Source: Octopus sinensis
Lineage: Eukaryota
DNA length: 64,000 nt
Assembly (NCBI RefSeq): GCF_006345805.1
Contig: NC_043002.1
Location: 72,850,001 to 72,914,000 of the forward strand
Direction of reading: 5' to 3'
Part shown: positions 36,001 to 46,900 of the stretch, in pieces
How the letters are laid out: every line of letters begins with the position of its first letter
Numbering within the stretch: the first letter of the stretch is position 1
Notes under the pieces: model-generated
Databases searched by the model: none
What the model saw: the letters and a program-made list of their open reading frames with translations, nothing else
Told to the model about the DNA's origin: nothing
Translations under genes and position numbers: made by a program

Positions 36001-39000
36001 TAAGTAAGATAATATTTCCCATGACTAGATATGCCTTGAAAGATTGAAAACAAAGGACACCACTTGTATGACAGTGACACTCATTTACAACTATCACATG
36101 ATGTCAAAGCAAGGAGACAGTAATACATCCACACACGTGTGACTGGCTTCTTTCAGTTTCTGTCTGACAAATCCTCTCACAAGGCTATGGTCAGCCTAGG
36201 GCAGCAGTAGAGGATGCTTGCCCAAGGTGCCAAGCAATGGGACTGAACCTAAAACCATGTGGCTGGGAAATAAACTTCTTATCCCACAGTCACACCTGAC
36301 CGGAAAGTCATTCACAGAAATATACTTAAACAGTTCAAGCTATAATATTTTAGATACATTTAGCAAAAAGATATTCATGGTGACTACAGGGATTTGATTG
36401 TACATGAAGAAGAATTAAAAGTACTACCTGATGTTTTTACAATATAAATTTATGGAGCAAAATATTGAGAATAACATAAGAAAAAAACCAAAATTTTATT
36501 AATCTTTAGAGAGAACTAGTTCCAACAAATATTTTTATTTAACCCTTCTGATACCCATCCACCCGAAACACCCCTGGCTCTATGATACAAATTTGATTTT
36601 AAAATGGTCTGAATGAAAAGTTTCCCTCAAAATTTCACGTTCATTTATGTTCTAAACATCAGCTTTTTAATAACAAAGTTAATAAATTTTTTATTATTTT
36701 CAAAATTAATCGGAACAAAATATATTTCAATAGAAATATGATAATAAAAGAATCAAAGCATGAGCAAATTATGATTATAAGATTTTTTGAGTCTAAAATG
36801 CTATCCTGGTGATCAAACCTGGTTGTCATAAAACGAAATCTAGCCATTAATTTTTTTTAATCCTGTTTAAAGAAAGAGCTAAATTAATTTCTGTTAGTTG
36901 ATGGGAACCAAAATTTACCATAAAAATTATAATAATTATAATCTATCTAAATTCAAAGTCATAAAGAAACAAAATAGTGAATGAATCCAAACTTACTTTG
37001 AATTCTTTTGTGCTAGCATACTCTTCGTCATCTACTTTAGAAAGAATTGTGCTGAAATCCATGGGCTTTTGAATGATACTTGAATAACCGGGAGCAATGA
37101 CATCATTAACTGGGAAGGCAAAGAAACCATGGGTATCTTTCCTATGAAAGAAATGAATAAAAGCAAAGGAATGAAAATGAAAGCAATTTGTTTTAAGTTA
37201 TTGTTTAGCCCCAGGTCAACACTGATCAGGAAGATCTATGATCACTGGCATAATGGTGGTATTTCTTTTTTCTTCAGACATCATATATCTATGTCTTCTT
37301 TACTCAATCTATCCTTCCTTTTTTTTTATAGCAGTACAGTGCAGTTTGAGATAGACTTAGCTGCTATTTGTAACTGGCCCCACAATGGCATAGAATGTTC
37401 TCCTTTGTCTTGATTTAGTTTATCAGCCAATTAAGAAAAGGCATTAATGAATCAACGTCTCTCACTTGATTTGGAGATCATACACACATGTATATACCCT
37501 CACTGTCACTTGCAAGCAAGTATAGCCTGATAGTATGTATCATGTTTTTGCAAATTGTTTTAAGTGCCTATGTATCCACGAGTAACCATAGATACAATTT
37601 TGGCCCTTCCACTCTTGATCTAGGGGAGCATTGAGGCTTGAGGGAAAGAGAGCTGCAATGAAAATGAATACCAGTATTTGGCTGGTACTTTCCATCAAAG
37701 TTTTATGCAAATTTATTTTCCAAATACAAGCTTAATAATTCTCTTTTACTCGTTTCAGTCAGTTGACTGCGGCCATGCTGGAGCACTGCCTTTAGTCGAG
37801 CAAATCGACCCCAGGACTTATTCGTTGTAAGCCTAGTACTTATTCTATCAGTCTCTTTTGTTGAACCGCTAAGTTACGGGGACGTAAACACATCACCATT
37901 GATTGTCAAGTGATGTTAGGGGGACAAACACAGACACACAAACATATATATACATACATACGACGGGCTTCTTTCAGTTTCCATCTACAAAATCCACTCA
38001 CAAGGCTTTGCTTGACCTGAGGCTATAGTAGAAGACACTTGCCCAAGGTGCCACGCAGTGGGAATGAACCCAGAACCATGTGGTTGGTAAGCAAGCTACA
38101 TGCCACACAGCCACTTCTGCGCCTAAAGTTATTTTACAAAATTAATTTAAATACTGCATTTCAAGAAATATGGTAAGAAAAGGGTTAAAGAAATGGAAGC
38201 AGATGTTCAGAGAATTACCTTTGGAATTGCTTTGTCATATACTTAAGGAACGTCTTCATGTTATTTGGTTCCTCTTCTTGGTTAGACAGTTTCATCCGTT
38301 TTTCAATAGGCTCATCATCTTCAGCTGCTTTATCTGGAGGATGCGGAGTGGATGTAGGAGGTGACAAAAATAACTGTTTTGCTGCAGGTGAGGAGTATGG
38401 TGGAGAATGTGAATGTAATTCAGATTCATATTCGTCACGCTCTCTTTTATGTGGACGTCCCTGCAAATGTAATTTTTGACCCTGATAATTAAGAGTCATC
38501 AAATATAGTAATGTTTATAGAAATGTCTTTTCAAAATAATAAAAAAAAAAAGGCTAGTTTCTCTTTCAGAAAGAAATGCAAACAAATACACATACATATT
38601 TATATCCAGAATGATCATAGAAAATCTCCAGAAATCCTATTAATTCTGAAATATAATAATAATAATGCCTTCAAATTCTTACACAAAGCCAGCAAAAGGA
38701 GAGCGGCTTTCTCCGTCCGTGTTGCGGATCCGTGGAATAAGCTGCCAGATGAGATAGTGAAGATGCCAACGACCGCTCGGTTCAAAGTCTCTCTTGATCG
38801 GAAATGGCCTGCACTCTTTGTATGACCATCCTCCCTGTCCCCCTACATGGCCTTGCTTTTGCTTTTTGAGCCAATTAAATTAAATTAACCCCAGTGCTCA
38901 ACTGGTACTTATTTTATCGACTCTAGTGGAAGCTGAACAAAGAGCGTAAAGATGGATGAAATGCCACTAAGCATTTTTCCAGGCATGTTAATAATTCTGC

Positions 39001-41902
39001 CTCAAAACTGTAAATAAAAAATGTAGACATTTTGTCTACCGCTCTACTAATCAAGCTCTATTGATTGTTATGTAGAAAAACCAACAGAAAGAACACAGTG
39101 AAATCGCTGAGGGAGGAGTTGAATGATCTAATGTTTCAGATAGAGCTCTTCTTCAAGGAATTAAAAGTTACAGAGCCAGTATCTGATGTGTATACTGAGA
39201 TCGTTGAAGAAACAAACAGAGAGGTTTTCCAGTGGGTTTGTTTCTCTGTAAAATAGAAACTCTGTCCTCTTTCTTTTTCTTTGTTGTCAATTTCACCTTG
39301 ATGATGATCTCTGAAATGTTCAATAATCCACTCCCTCACAACAATTTCATTGCATCCTTTCTTTCACTTTCACTTTTATCAAATAAAACAAGTCTTACTG
39401 ACACAGACCAGTCTCTTCAGATTCCGTTTTATCTACTGTCATTTGGCTAAGTCATATGTATGTACTTCATGGAAATATATTTGGCTTTATTAACCCTTAC
39501 TGTGTAAGAACCGAGTATAATTGCTTTTGATAGTGAGTTACTTTTCGGAATTCTACACAATTTTAATGGTTAATAATAGAAAGAAATTGTAAGAACTTTT
39601 TTGTACTCAATAATTGCACATTAGTACACAAAAATTTAATCAGTGTAGGGAGGGTTAAATATAATTGTGCGATTAGGTTTTAGCTGCTTAATGAAACTAA
39701 CACTTTAATTAGCATCTACAATGATATAAATTATAAAGTACAATTTTAGTCTTTGGTACAGCATTCATTGTGCACCCTAATATTTTATTTGCATTGTGGA
39801 CCCAGTGAACTAATAAGTCCTCTATTTAAAAAAAAAGAAAGAAAAAACAAGAAAAAGACAGAAAAACTTCTACTATGATTAGATATCCTGACAGAATTGT
39901 AAATGGAACTGTAGAAACTAAAATAAACATTTTGATCAGAGATTCTTTCACATTCCTTAACAAAACAAAAAATAAAAACCTCCAACAAGTGAGACAGATA
40001 AAAAAAAAGAGTATATTTATACATACATCTTCATGGTGTCTGTGTTTTTCTTTTTCACTGGATTTTTTCTTTTTCTTCTTTTTATGTTTATGCCTACGTT
40101 CTTCAGTATCCCCAGTATATACTTCAGGTACTGGTTCAGTAACTTTTAATACCAATTTCAGTGGTTTTTCAGATGGCTTCTCTGTGGAACATAAACAGAT
40201 TTTGATCATTTTTTCGCAGGAAAAGCAAATCATTTAAAACAAAAAAACAGTCAAACTGTGTGCATATATGTTCATGTGTGTATGCATGTATATATATGAG
40301 TGCGTGTGAGTGTGTGTGTGAATGTATGCAAATGTGTGTATGTGTAGTTTTAATTTATGGGTTTTATTATTGAGTAAATTTAACCAGTTCCCATTGGTTA
40401 GCAAAGTGCATCTGAGTAACCGACTGAACATTGTGATGACCTATAAACTAAATGCTTGTCTATCAGGTATCTATGGATATATATATATATATATCACACT
40501 TAAAAAAATTACCACTTTCCCCACCCCATAATCTACTGAATATTCTCCCTTTTACAAGATAAACATGTTCTGTGCAGATGTAACCCTTCAACAGCGAGAA
40601 ACCTGTTCTGATCTGGTCCCTTTTCTCACACTTAAATTCCTCATCTCCTATCATAAAGCTGCTTCTCTCAATGTTCATAATCTTGCAAGCTGCATGGATA
40701 GAACATGAATATCAACCTTTTACTATTTAATCTGGCTGTCTCCTTTCCAAGATTTCTGTATTGCTGGTTACTTGGTGACCCTGTCAGTGCTGGTACCACC
40801 TAAAAAGCATTCAGTCCACACTGTAAAGTGGTTGGCATTTGGAAGGGCATCCAATTGTAAAAACCATGCCAAAACTGACCTCATCTGTGCTGGTGCCATA
40901 TAAAATGCACTCATTCCACTCTGTAGGGTGGTTGGTGTTAGGAAGGGTATCCAGCTATAAAAGCCATGCCAAAACAGACATAGAAGTCTGGTGCAGTCTT
41001 CTGCCTGACCAGCTTCTCTCAAACCATCCAACCCAGCATGGAAGACAGATATTAAACGATGATGAAATCAGGCTAAAATATTCTACCTGTTTTATGTTCA
41101 AACTGGCCTGATCTGACCTCTCACACCTACCCTATGAAGTCATTCAAAAAAATATATAATCACATCATAGACATCTCAAAGCTACAAGAGAATGCATGAT
41201 TAATTCAAAATAATGTGAACAAATAATTATTACAATTGACAGAATAATCTGAATGCTGAAGGGTTAAATGACCATGATGATGATTTAATTAATTTTAACT
41301 GGAAAATAGTAATTTCCAACTTTAGCAAGGAGGAGATGTGTAATTAATTTAATCACCAACTCCAGTACTTGACTGCTACTTATCTGACCAACACTGGAAG
41401 GGTGAAAAGTAAAGATGACCTTGATGGTTTTGAACTTAGAATGTAAAGGGATGGAATGAAATATTGATTTCTACAGTAGAAATAATGCCACAAATTTCAG
41501 TGGTGGATCATCTTCAACATTTAATGTCCAGTTTTTCCATGTCTGCATGGGTCAGATGGAATTTGTTTGAAGCAAATTTTCTATGGCTGGATGTTCTTCC
41601 TGGTGCCAACCCTCAACTGCTTTCAAGCAATCTAATACTCTCTAGTGGCTTTACATGCTTTTCAGAGAAGACTGGAAACAAACAATCTCACTTGATGATG
41701 ATGATGATGACTCATTTACAACTGTCATGTGCGTCTAGATACAGGTAAACACAAACAAAGTTTGCTTTCTTAGAAGCGTTGAGATGTATTGAAATATACA
41801 GATATGGAAATATTTGATTCTCAAACGCATAATACTAATAATGCTGAATAGCATAAACAAGATAGAACATCCTTATTTTGCAGAAAAATTTGTTCGTGGC
41901 CA

Positions 41903-41946
<44 letters not shown>

Positions 41947-43724
41947 ACATATATATACATACATATATACATATACACACATATATATATACATATATAC
42001 ACACACACATACATACATATATATATATATATGTATGCATGCAAGTGTGGGTGCATGCGCTTATATATAAAAGTACAATGGGTTTTTCTCAGTTTGTATC
42101 TACCAAGTCCATTCATTAAGCTTTGGTTGGTCTAAGGTTATAGTAGAAGATACTTACACAAAGTGCCACCATACGGTTGGGAGGCAAGCTTCTTAACCAC
42201 ACAGCTACACCTAGGTGTAGTTGATAAAACAATTTGGGACCTGGCAAGTAACTTTGTCTTCAGTTACTTTCTCTACAACAAATCTGTTCCTAACTTTTCT
42301 CAATATTTTGCATAAAGTCATCACGCTCTCTCTCCTATTCATTCAATTACCAGAGCTGGTGCTATGTAAAAGAACCCACTACACTCTGTAAAGTAGTTGA
42401 TGGTTCAAGCAGAGACAATACACATTTGAGAGAACTACTTAGACTAGCTGAGAAGAAGACAACCTCTATAGTGCTGGTACTGTGTAAAGAAAGAAACCCA
42501 GAGCATGCTGTTAAGTGGCTGGTGTTAGGAAATGTATCTAGCTGTAGAAACCATGCCAAAATGAGACACTGGAGTAATGTGGTCCTCTGCTTCATCAAGG
42601 TCAATAACATAGAGAGGTGGCTCCAAAGAGATGAAAAACTGGAGGATGAAATCTGTGCATCTTTGCTCTCACGTAAGAAGTAAATAGGACACAAAGGTGT
42701 AATTGTTAGAAGAGTGATGGATGGATGTGTGTTAGGTAGATGGATTGTGGGGATGGCTCAAATGTAACAGCATAGACAAAGTGATATGGTCCTAGAATCT
42801 CACCTGCTAAGGTGGATGTGTCTTCTCGAGTACAGCAAATTGCCAGTCCTTTCTTCCAGGAGGCTCAGCATGCTGAGGTCAGTCTTTACTACTTCATCCC
42901 ACAAGTTAATTCAATGACCAAGTGGTTCAAATGATTAAACAACTGAATACTCATTCATTAAAAATGTTGACGAAGCTATGAAGTGGTGAAGATCATTTTA
43001 CTGTAGCCACAAATGATGCCTCATCTTTCTAACTACTGCCTCTATTATGTCTCACACCCATCCCTTTGCCCAAGCTTTTCTTTCTAGAACTGTAACTCTC
43101 ATAAAATTCCCTCTCAACTCATGCATCCCTTACAGGCATCAATCTGTAGAACTTCAAGCACATTGACCATATCAAGCTGAGAAAAACAACAAAGACAGCG
43201 GGCTCTCCCCAGTTTTTCTTGGACTAAATATGTTTTTAATTTAAATATCTTTATTTGGATGAATAAGAATATAAAAAGTGAATTCGATAAAACTGTTGAT
43301 AATCATGACATGGTTGAATTGGCAAGGTACTATGAGCTAAGAGCCAGATCTACCTCAAATAATTCCCCACTGTCTTATAAAAAAAAAAGGACACATTCAA
43401 TAATGTAGCTTGGAAAAAACAAAAGCAAATGGAATTGTCATGACTGGAGCGCCTTTGAGCGTATTTTTGCTCATCAGAGCAGACTCGAAGATAAGCAACA
43501 ATCGTACTATTTCATCCCCAATTGAAAATAAACACTCAACTTATTTTAATAATTCTAAAAGAAAAATAATATCCCAATGGATTTGATTTAAGCGAACTCA
43601 AATCTTTATCTGAGCTGCTGATAAATTTTACTCATTCGTATATATTATCAGAGCATTGATTTTTAACGGTGAGAAAATCATAATTTGATATTAAAGCAGT
43701 TATTGACTGTCCATCGTGTGTGTG

Positions 43725-43769
<45 letters not shown>

Positions 43770-44570
43770 TACAGATACAATAACAGAAGTAAAATTAGTA
43801 AGATATTTTAAGGCTACACATATCAATGTTTTAAACACGATTTGAAACAACAACATACAACCTCTGAGTATTTAACACATTAACTATTTGGAAACAAATT
43901 CTCTTTGATTTGATAATCACCGTCAAGGTCTAAAGCTGTCGTAGGTTTATTCTGTTCTAATAATGTTATTGAATTGTAATGTATAGGATTAAATGATCAC
44001 TAATTAATAATCAATCGTTCTATAGATGAAAGGTAGACATCAAAGAATTTAGAACTATATTTTGAATTCTAGAAAAATAATAAAACAAAATTTAAGATAA
44101 ATATTTTCGTTCATAGCAAACTATCGATAATCTGATCGGCTCAAACGTTCCAAGATTTAGTATTATTTTCATTTATAATTTTTTTTTTTTTTTTTACAAA
44201 ATATAGGTCGGAAACGGTAGTGTTAAAACAAAGCAACATATTTTTTTAGAAATGTTTCTTTTTTTCCTCTAAACAAACTCATTTTTTAAATAAAAGTAAT
44301 ATTAATAATTTGTTTTAAATTTAAATTAAAGATAAACTTGACTAATAAAAAAACACAATAATAAATTCGATTATTAAAAAAAAGACGAGACAAATGTATC
44401 CATTGTTTTGCGAAATAGTTAAAGATCTGTACAAGCTTTAAAGAATCGGAACATTTTGATAAGATCTGGTAGACTTTTGAATTAAAGCATACAAAGTTTT
44501 AGATACACTTACCCTCAAGCTCGAGTATTTTCTTATCAGATTTATGATGCTTCTTGTGTTTTTTGCCCAT
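17800..44570 (-). CDS. BRD7: Bromodomain-containing protein 7/9 (single BRD7/BRD9 orthologue, SWI/SNF subunit), 16 coding exons, 2082 nt, 693 aa
   Basis: Recognisable motifs: MGKKHKKH, EKPLKLVLKV, bromodomain GFFAFPV..IAPGYS.II.KPMDF and NAMIYNRPETIYY, DUF3512-like GFKEDKRNK / YLNYGPFSSYAP / YGDETGVQ. All 15 introns are GT-AG and all phases close. Confidence 0.95.
18105..18955 (-). mobile_element. Cluster of four SINE family B copies
   Basis: Repeated gatgaaaggcaaagttgacc..gaatttgaactc..ctgccagctc blocks separated by (AAT)n. Confidence 0.85.
19374..19414 (-). CDS. BRD7: BRD7/9 exon 15, 41 nt (ANKVTQELRELAKQ)
   Basis: Needed to bridge phase 1 to 0; TTTTGCAG acceptor, CAG|GTAAAC donor; resembles BRD7 AEQVTNNLKELAQQ. 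Confidence 0.88.
20352..20478. mobile_element. Tc1/mariner-type MITE, 127 bp
   Basis: 31-bp TIRs cagggtgtccacaaagtctaggtacatggag / ctccatgtacccagattttgtggacaccctg, TA TSD. Confidence 0.9.
20884..21042 (-). CDS. BRD7: BRD7/9 exon 14 (KEISKEKELQQKLDYTAGLIQDLHSTQHDRLSAKPPVHL...EAQL)
   Basis: Matches BRD7 C-terminal QKKLDETT..L..L...Q..RLS..PP motif; GTGAGT donor. Confidence 0.93.
22395..22618. mobile_element. piggyBac-like MITE family (other copies ~12056-12270, 25258-25522, 32060-32620, 41070-41270)
   Basis: ttaaccctttagcatt / aatgctaaagggttaa termini; shared core ...gtaggtgtgagaggccagatctggcc... Confidence 0.65.
22653..22734 (-). CDS. BRD7: BRD7/9 exon 13 (DPYDVDFESLKTLSSDLGMDLSFLDHF)
   Basis: TTAG acceptor, GTAAGT donor; phase 0/1. 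Confidence 0.88.
22790..23152. mobile_element. Helentron-associated non-autonomous element (HINE/DINE-1-like)
   Basis: Subterminal ..tgccaaggc and 3' ..ggaggt hairpin motifs; tttcatctgaatccatccagcggttct core. Confidence 0.55.
24399..24488 (-). CDS. BRD7: BRD7/9 exon 12 (RKKEESKKQAQAAAELDQAMAAASADTSSQ)
   Basis: TGTAG acceptor, CAG|GTAATT donor; phase 0/0. Confidence 0.82.
24771..24878 (-). pseudogene. 5S rRNA-derived sequence (5S pseudogene or SINE3 head)
   Basis: Minus strand TTGAAAGCACCGGTTCTCATCCGATCACCAAAGTTAAGCAACGTCGAGCCTAGTTAGTACTTAGATGGGTGACCGC...GGTGCTGTA matches metazoan 5S; 5' end lost, scattered substitutions, single copy. Confidence 0.9.
25076..25187 (-). CDS. BRD7: BRD7/9 exon 11 (IMAFADSTGDYTIKMVDNLLDVLTNGEHSRVQGQIDQ)
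   Basis: LLDVLTxGxHSR motif; TAG acceptor, GTAAGG donor. Confidence 0.94.
26854..26989 (-). CDS. BRD7: BRD7/9 exon 10 (SYLNYGPFSSYAPSFDSSFANITKEESDMLMTTYGDETGVQYAK)
   Basis: Strong match to remembered BRD7/BRD9 motif; phase 1/2. Confidence 0.95.
28107..28217 (-). CDS. BRD7: BRD7/9 exon 9 (SDTEKVVNLGGLASKLTNGTGVLTGFKEDKRNKISP)
   Basis: GFKEDKRNK motif; phase 1/1. Confidence 0.94.
29433..29505 (-). CDS. BRD7: BRD7/9 exon 8 (YGFLRRRKDGSTSLTILNPENDGK)
   Basis: TTTCAG acceptor, GTATGG donor; DUF3512-like DGxTxL motif. Confidence 0.92.
30526..30816. mobile_element. hAT (Charlie-like) MITE
   Basis: TIR cagtggtt.../...aaccactg; perfect 8-bp TSD ATTTAACT (30518-30525, 30817-30824); related fragment begins at 29797. 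Confidence 0.9.
30951..31149. repeat. ~90-bp inverted repeat of Penelope-like pLTR sequence carrying hammerhead motifs
   Basis: Arms 30951-31040 and 31065-31149; CTGAAGA..GAAACGTT core. Confidence 0.75.
31526..31643 (-). CDS. BRD7: BRD7/9 exon 7 (LSRFEAIPDNMTPEEILAQARAAAKEAADLLTLRQPKAQ)
   Basis: CAG acceptor, GTAAAA donor; phase 2/0. Confidence 0.9.
32667..32842 (-). CDS. BRD7: BRD7/9 exon 6 (ENLLGMKRNLDFM...KKHKKQKT)
   Basis: CAG acceptor, GTAAGA donor; open frame, phase 0/2. Confidence 0.9.
33458..33747 (-). mobile_element. SINE family E
   Basis: Paralogous to 9224-9485. Confidence 0.85.
34425..34760 (-). mobile_element. SINE family A, full copy
   Basis: Reverse complement of family A. 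Confidence 0.88.
34877..34987 (-). CDS. BRD7: BRD7/9 exon 5, bromodomain C half (KDFILMCQNAMIYNRPETIYYKEARRLLHMGVKQLSK)
   Basis: Conserved acetyl-lysine-binding Asn; CAG acceptor, GTATGA donor. Confidence 0.96.
35103..35470 (-). mobile_element. RTE 3'UTR-type repeat (family C); >15 copies, e.g. 19498, 23153, 40770, 48860, 54205, 55341, 55520, 60930, 61795
   Basis: ggttggcgttaggaagggcatccagctgtagaaa core, ~65-nt internal tandem units, (GAT)n tail; same as the 3' UTR at 14420-14904. Confidence 0.88.
36997..37141 (-). CDS. BRD7: BRD7/9 exon 4, bromodomain N half (KDTHGFFAFPVNDVIAPGYSSIIQKPMDF...EFK)
   Basis: Bromodomain ZA-loop motif; TAG acceptor, GTAAGT donor. Confidence 0.96.
37745..38125 (-). 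mobile_element. SINE family A, full copy
   Basis: Reverse complement of family A. Confidence 0.9.
38219..38460 (-). CDS. BRD7: BRD7/9 exon 3 (GRPHKRERDEY...KYMTKQFQR)
   Basis: TTTGCAG acceptor, AG|GTAATT donor; phase 0/2. Confidence 0.92.
38694..38888 (+). mobile_element. CR1/L2-type LINE 3' fragment inserted in a SINE
   Basis: RRAAFSVRVADPWNKLPDEIVKMPTTARFKVSLD (CR1 FSxRVxxxWNxLP motif), (AATTA)n tail, CpGs intact. Confidence 0.8.
40027..40181 (-). CDS. BRD7: BRD7/9 exon 2 (EKPSEKPLKLVLKVTEPVPEVYTGDTEE...HHED)
   Basis: CCACAG acceptor, GTATGT donor; EKPLKLVLKV motif and Lys-rich tract. Confidence 0.95.
41900..42035. repeat. (TA)n/(TACA)n compound microsatellite
   Basis: Direct inspection. 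Confidence 0.9.
44513..44570 (-). CDS. BRD7: BRD7/9 coding exon 1 (MGKKHKKHHKSDKKILELE)
   Basis: ATG at 44570-44568; donor G|GTAAGT; phase 1. Confidence 0.93.
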
Positions 44571-46334
44571 TCTTTCCCAACTTGAAAATATTTCAGGAAA
44601 ACAAGCCGGGATCCCTATTAATAACAGACATGCGTACAATGAAACTGGTTATTTGCCCTCACTAAAAATAGTTCCGGGTAACCTTGAAAACTGATGAATG
44701 CACTTCTTTTTCCTTCATAAAGTAATTAAAAGGCAACAAAATACCAAATATACTTATACACAACGTTACAAAACGTTTATTTTGTAAAATAAAATACTAA
44801 TTTGATATTAAATATTGATTTTCTCTTTTAAAATCATTTATAAAATTATATTTAGAAAGAAAAGTTGACACCGGTTATAGTTTTGCAACAGTATTATTTT
44901 GGTTGTTTTCAAAAGCAGAAGATATATTTATTTTGTATTTATATGATTGTTTTTATCATAGCATTAATTTGAAACAAATTTCAAAAGATATTTTTGTAAT
45001 TTAAATTTTTAAACAGTTTTTAATTCATTTAATCGTTTTGCGATAAACCATAAAATGGGGAGTAAATTGAACTTCTGAAATGACTTAATTTTCGCTCTGA
45101 AAATGTGGAATTTAACTAAAATGTAAGTTGTACAATTTTAATAACGATAATAAATGAGAATATTTTACTTTTAATTATCATTTTTCTTCTCAAACCAACA
45201 ATATTGTTGCCGATACCGTAAATACATTTGAAGGTCGTTTACAAACGTGTTATATCACGTTGGCTGAATGTAAACATGAACTTATCGTTATTTTATGCAG
45301 TTAATTTATACTTAATTCTTTAGTTGTTATATAAATTGTATTTTTTGATCCAATAAGCCGGTATATACATATTGTCATTCATGACTTTATCAGATAAAAG
45401 TTTCTTTATTTAATGTAACTCAAAACGTGTCACTCATCTCGTCCTGATTCACTAAAGTACTTGTTCTTTAAAAAAGTTGTTTTTGTTTAGAATACACTTG
45501 AAATTCCATTCATTCTCTGAATTTTCTCCTTTTTTTTTTTATTTAAAAGACTGACACCAATAATACGATCTTAGGATTAATAAATGTAATGTGTAAAGCA
45601 GATGAATTTATTAAAAATCGTGGTGTCGACGTTCAAAACAGCAATGTTTTGAATGAAAAATCAAATTCTACTCTAAGGATTCATTTTGGTACTTTCAAAA
45701 GTTATTCATTAAAACTATATTGGATTTTCAACGAACACGTGTTTGTTACGATGCTTTAATTATAATGTGCTGTCCTCTGGTGTATTACACCACTTTTTAA
45801 ATGCTTATCTTATGTAATGTTTTCAAAATTCGTGTATGATTTATTAGTAATCATAAATCTGTTGCATCGTACACCAAAATGTTCTTACTTTATTAATTCT
45901 AAATAGTAGAAATGCGTTACCGGCGAGCAGTGTCTACAACCTGGTTTCGGTTCCCAGTTGCAACAATTTATTTACCTTACGTCACTAATACTCTTGAGAA
46001 TGTCCCACCATCTCCTTTTTCCCGCCACTAATAATATAAGAAAAGTACAAATATGCATAATAATTTGTGTTTATGCTGTTGAACTGTTTTAACCGTTCAT
46101 CCACGTAGATCATAACTAGTTTCCTCAGATTTTGCTGTTTAAATATGAGACCTCGAGTGTTTATTACAAATCGAAACATTAAAATTTCTAAATTTATGGT
46201 AAAGTGCGAGGCTAATTCTTGTAGAAAATGTGTTATCGATTCAGTCGATCGTAGTATGTTATTGGTATTTTATTTATTGATCCCAGAGGAATAAACAATA
46301 ACATCGATCCCGTATGGGGTTTGGAGTTAGAACC

Positions 46335-46900
46335 TAGAAAGATCATCATCACCATCATGGTTTGGATCCGTTTTTCCAAGCTGACTGAAAAGTTTCGCTG
46401 TACAGCAAATTGCTGCCAATCTTGGTCTTTGGTCATCACATTTCTGAAGCACGATTCCATGATAATTAATCTTAACACTTGTTTTTGAACTTTTCTTAGT
46501 CTTCTTCTTCTTCCATGGCCACCCTGCCTCACATATTTTTCACTTAGCTCGTCCATCCACATCACAAGTTCTTATCACTGTAGTTATCTATTCTTTACAC
46601 TTCGACTGTTGCTTGTAATGTTGTCGTTGTACTCAATTTCGTCTCTCTTTTTTTTTTATGGCAGTCACTATTACACACCCAATTAACCATACATTTCATT
46701 TCTTTCCAGCCATGACCATCCCATCCTTTATGTATATCTAAGACTGCATTGTCCAACGTGTCTTCCATTTCGTGATTTGAGGGAGATTTAGCATGTCGAG
46801 CAATCGTATAGAAGTTCATTGGTTCTGGTTTTTCTCGCCCTTCCAGTGAATAAATCTTTCACCTGTTCGAAGAATAACTTTTCTTTTTTTTTTCTGGAAG
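46335..46900 (-). mobile_element. Decayed RTE-like LINE 3' end
   Basis: WDGHG (cf. WxGH), DWQQFAV (also at 42830), tail ggaaaaacggatccaaaccatgatggtgatgatgat like other RTE tails. Confidence 0.5.

Noticed and set aside
39065-39256. + strand ORF containing LKVTEPVSDVYTE as an antisense gene
   Set aside because: Starts at TTG, is short and has no supporting exons; the similarity is explained by the inverted copy of BRD7/9 exon 2.
46233-46819. Two minus-strand ORFs (110 and 74 aa) as a novel gene
   Set aside because: They carry decayed RTE motifs and an RTE (GAT)n tail, so are better explained as a LINE remnant.
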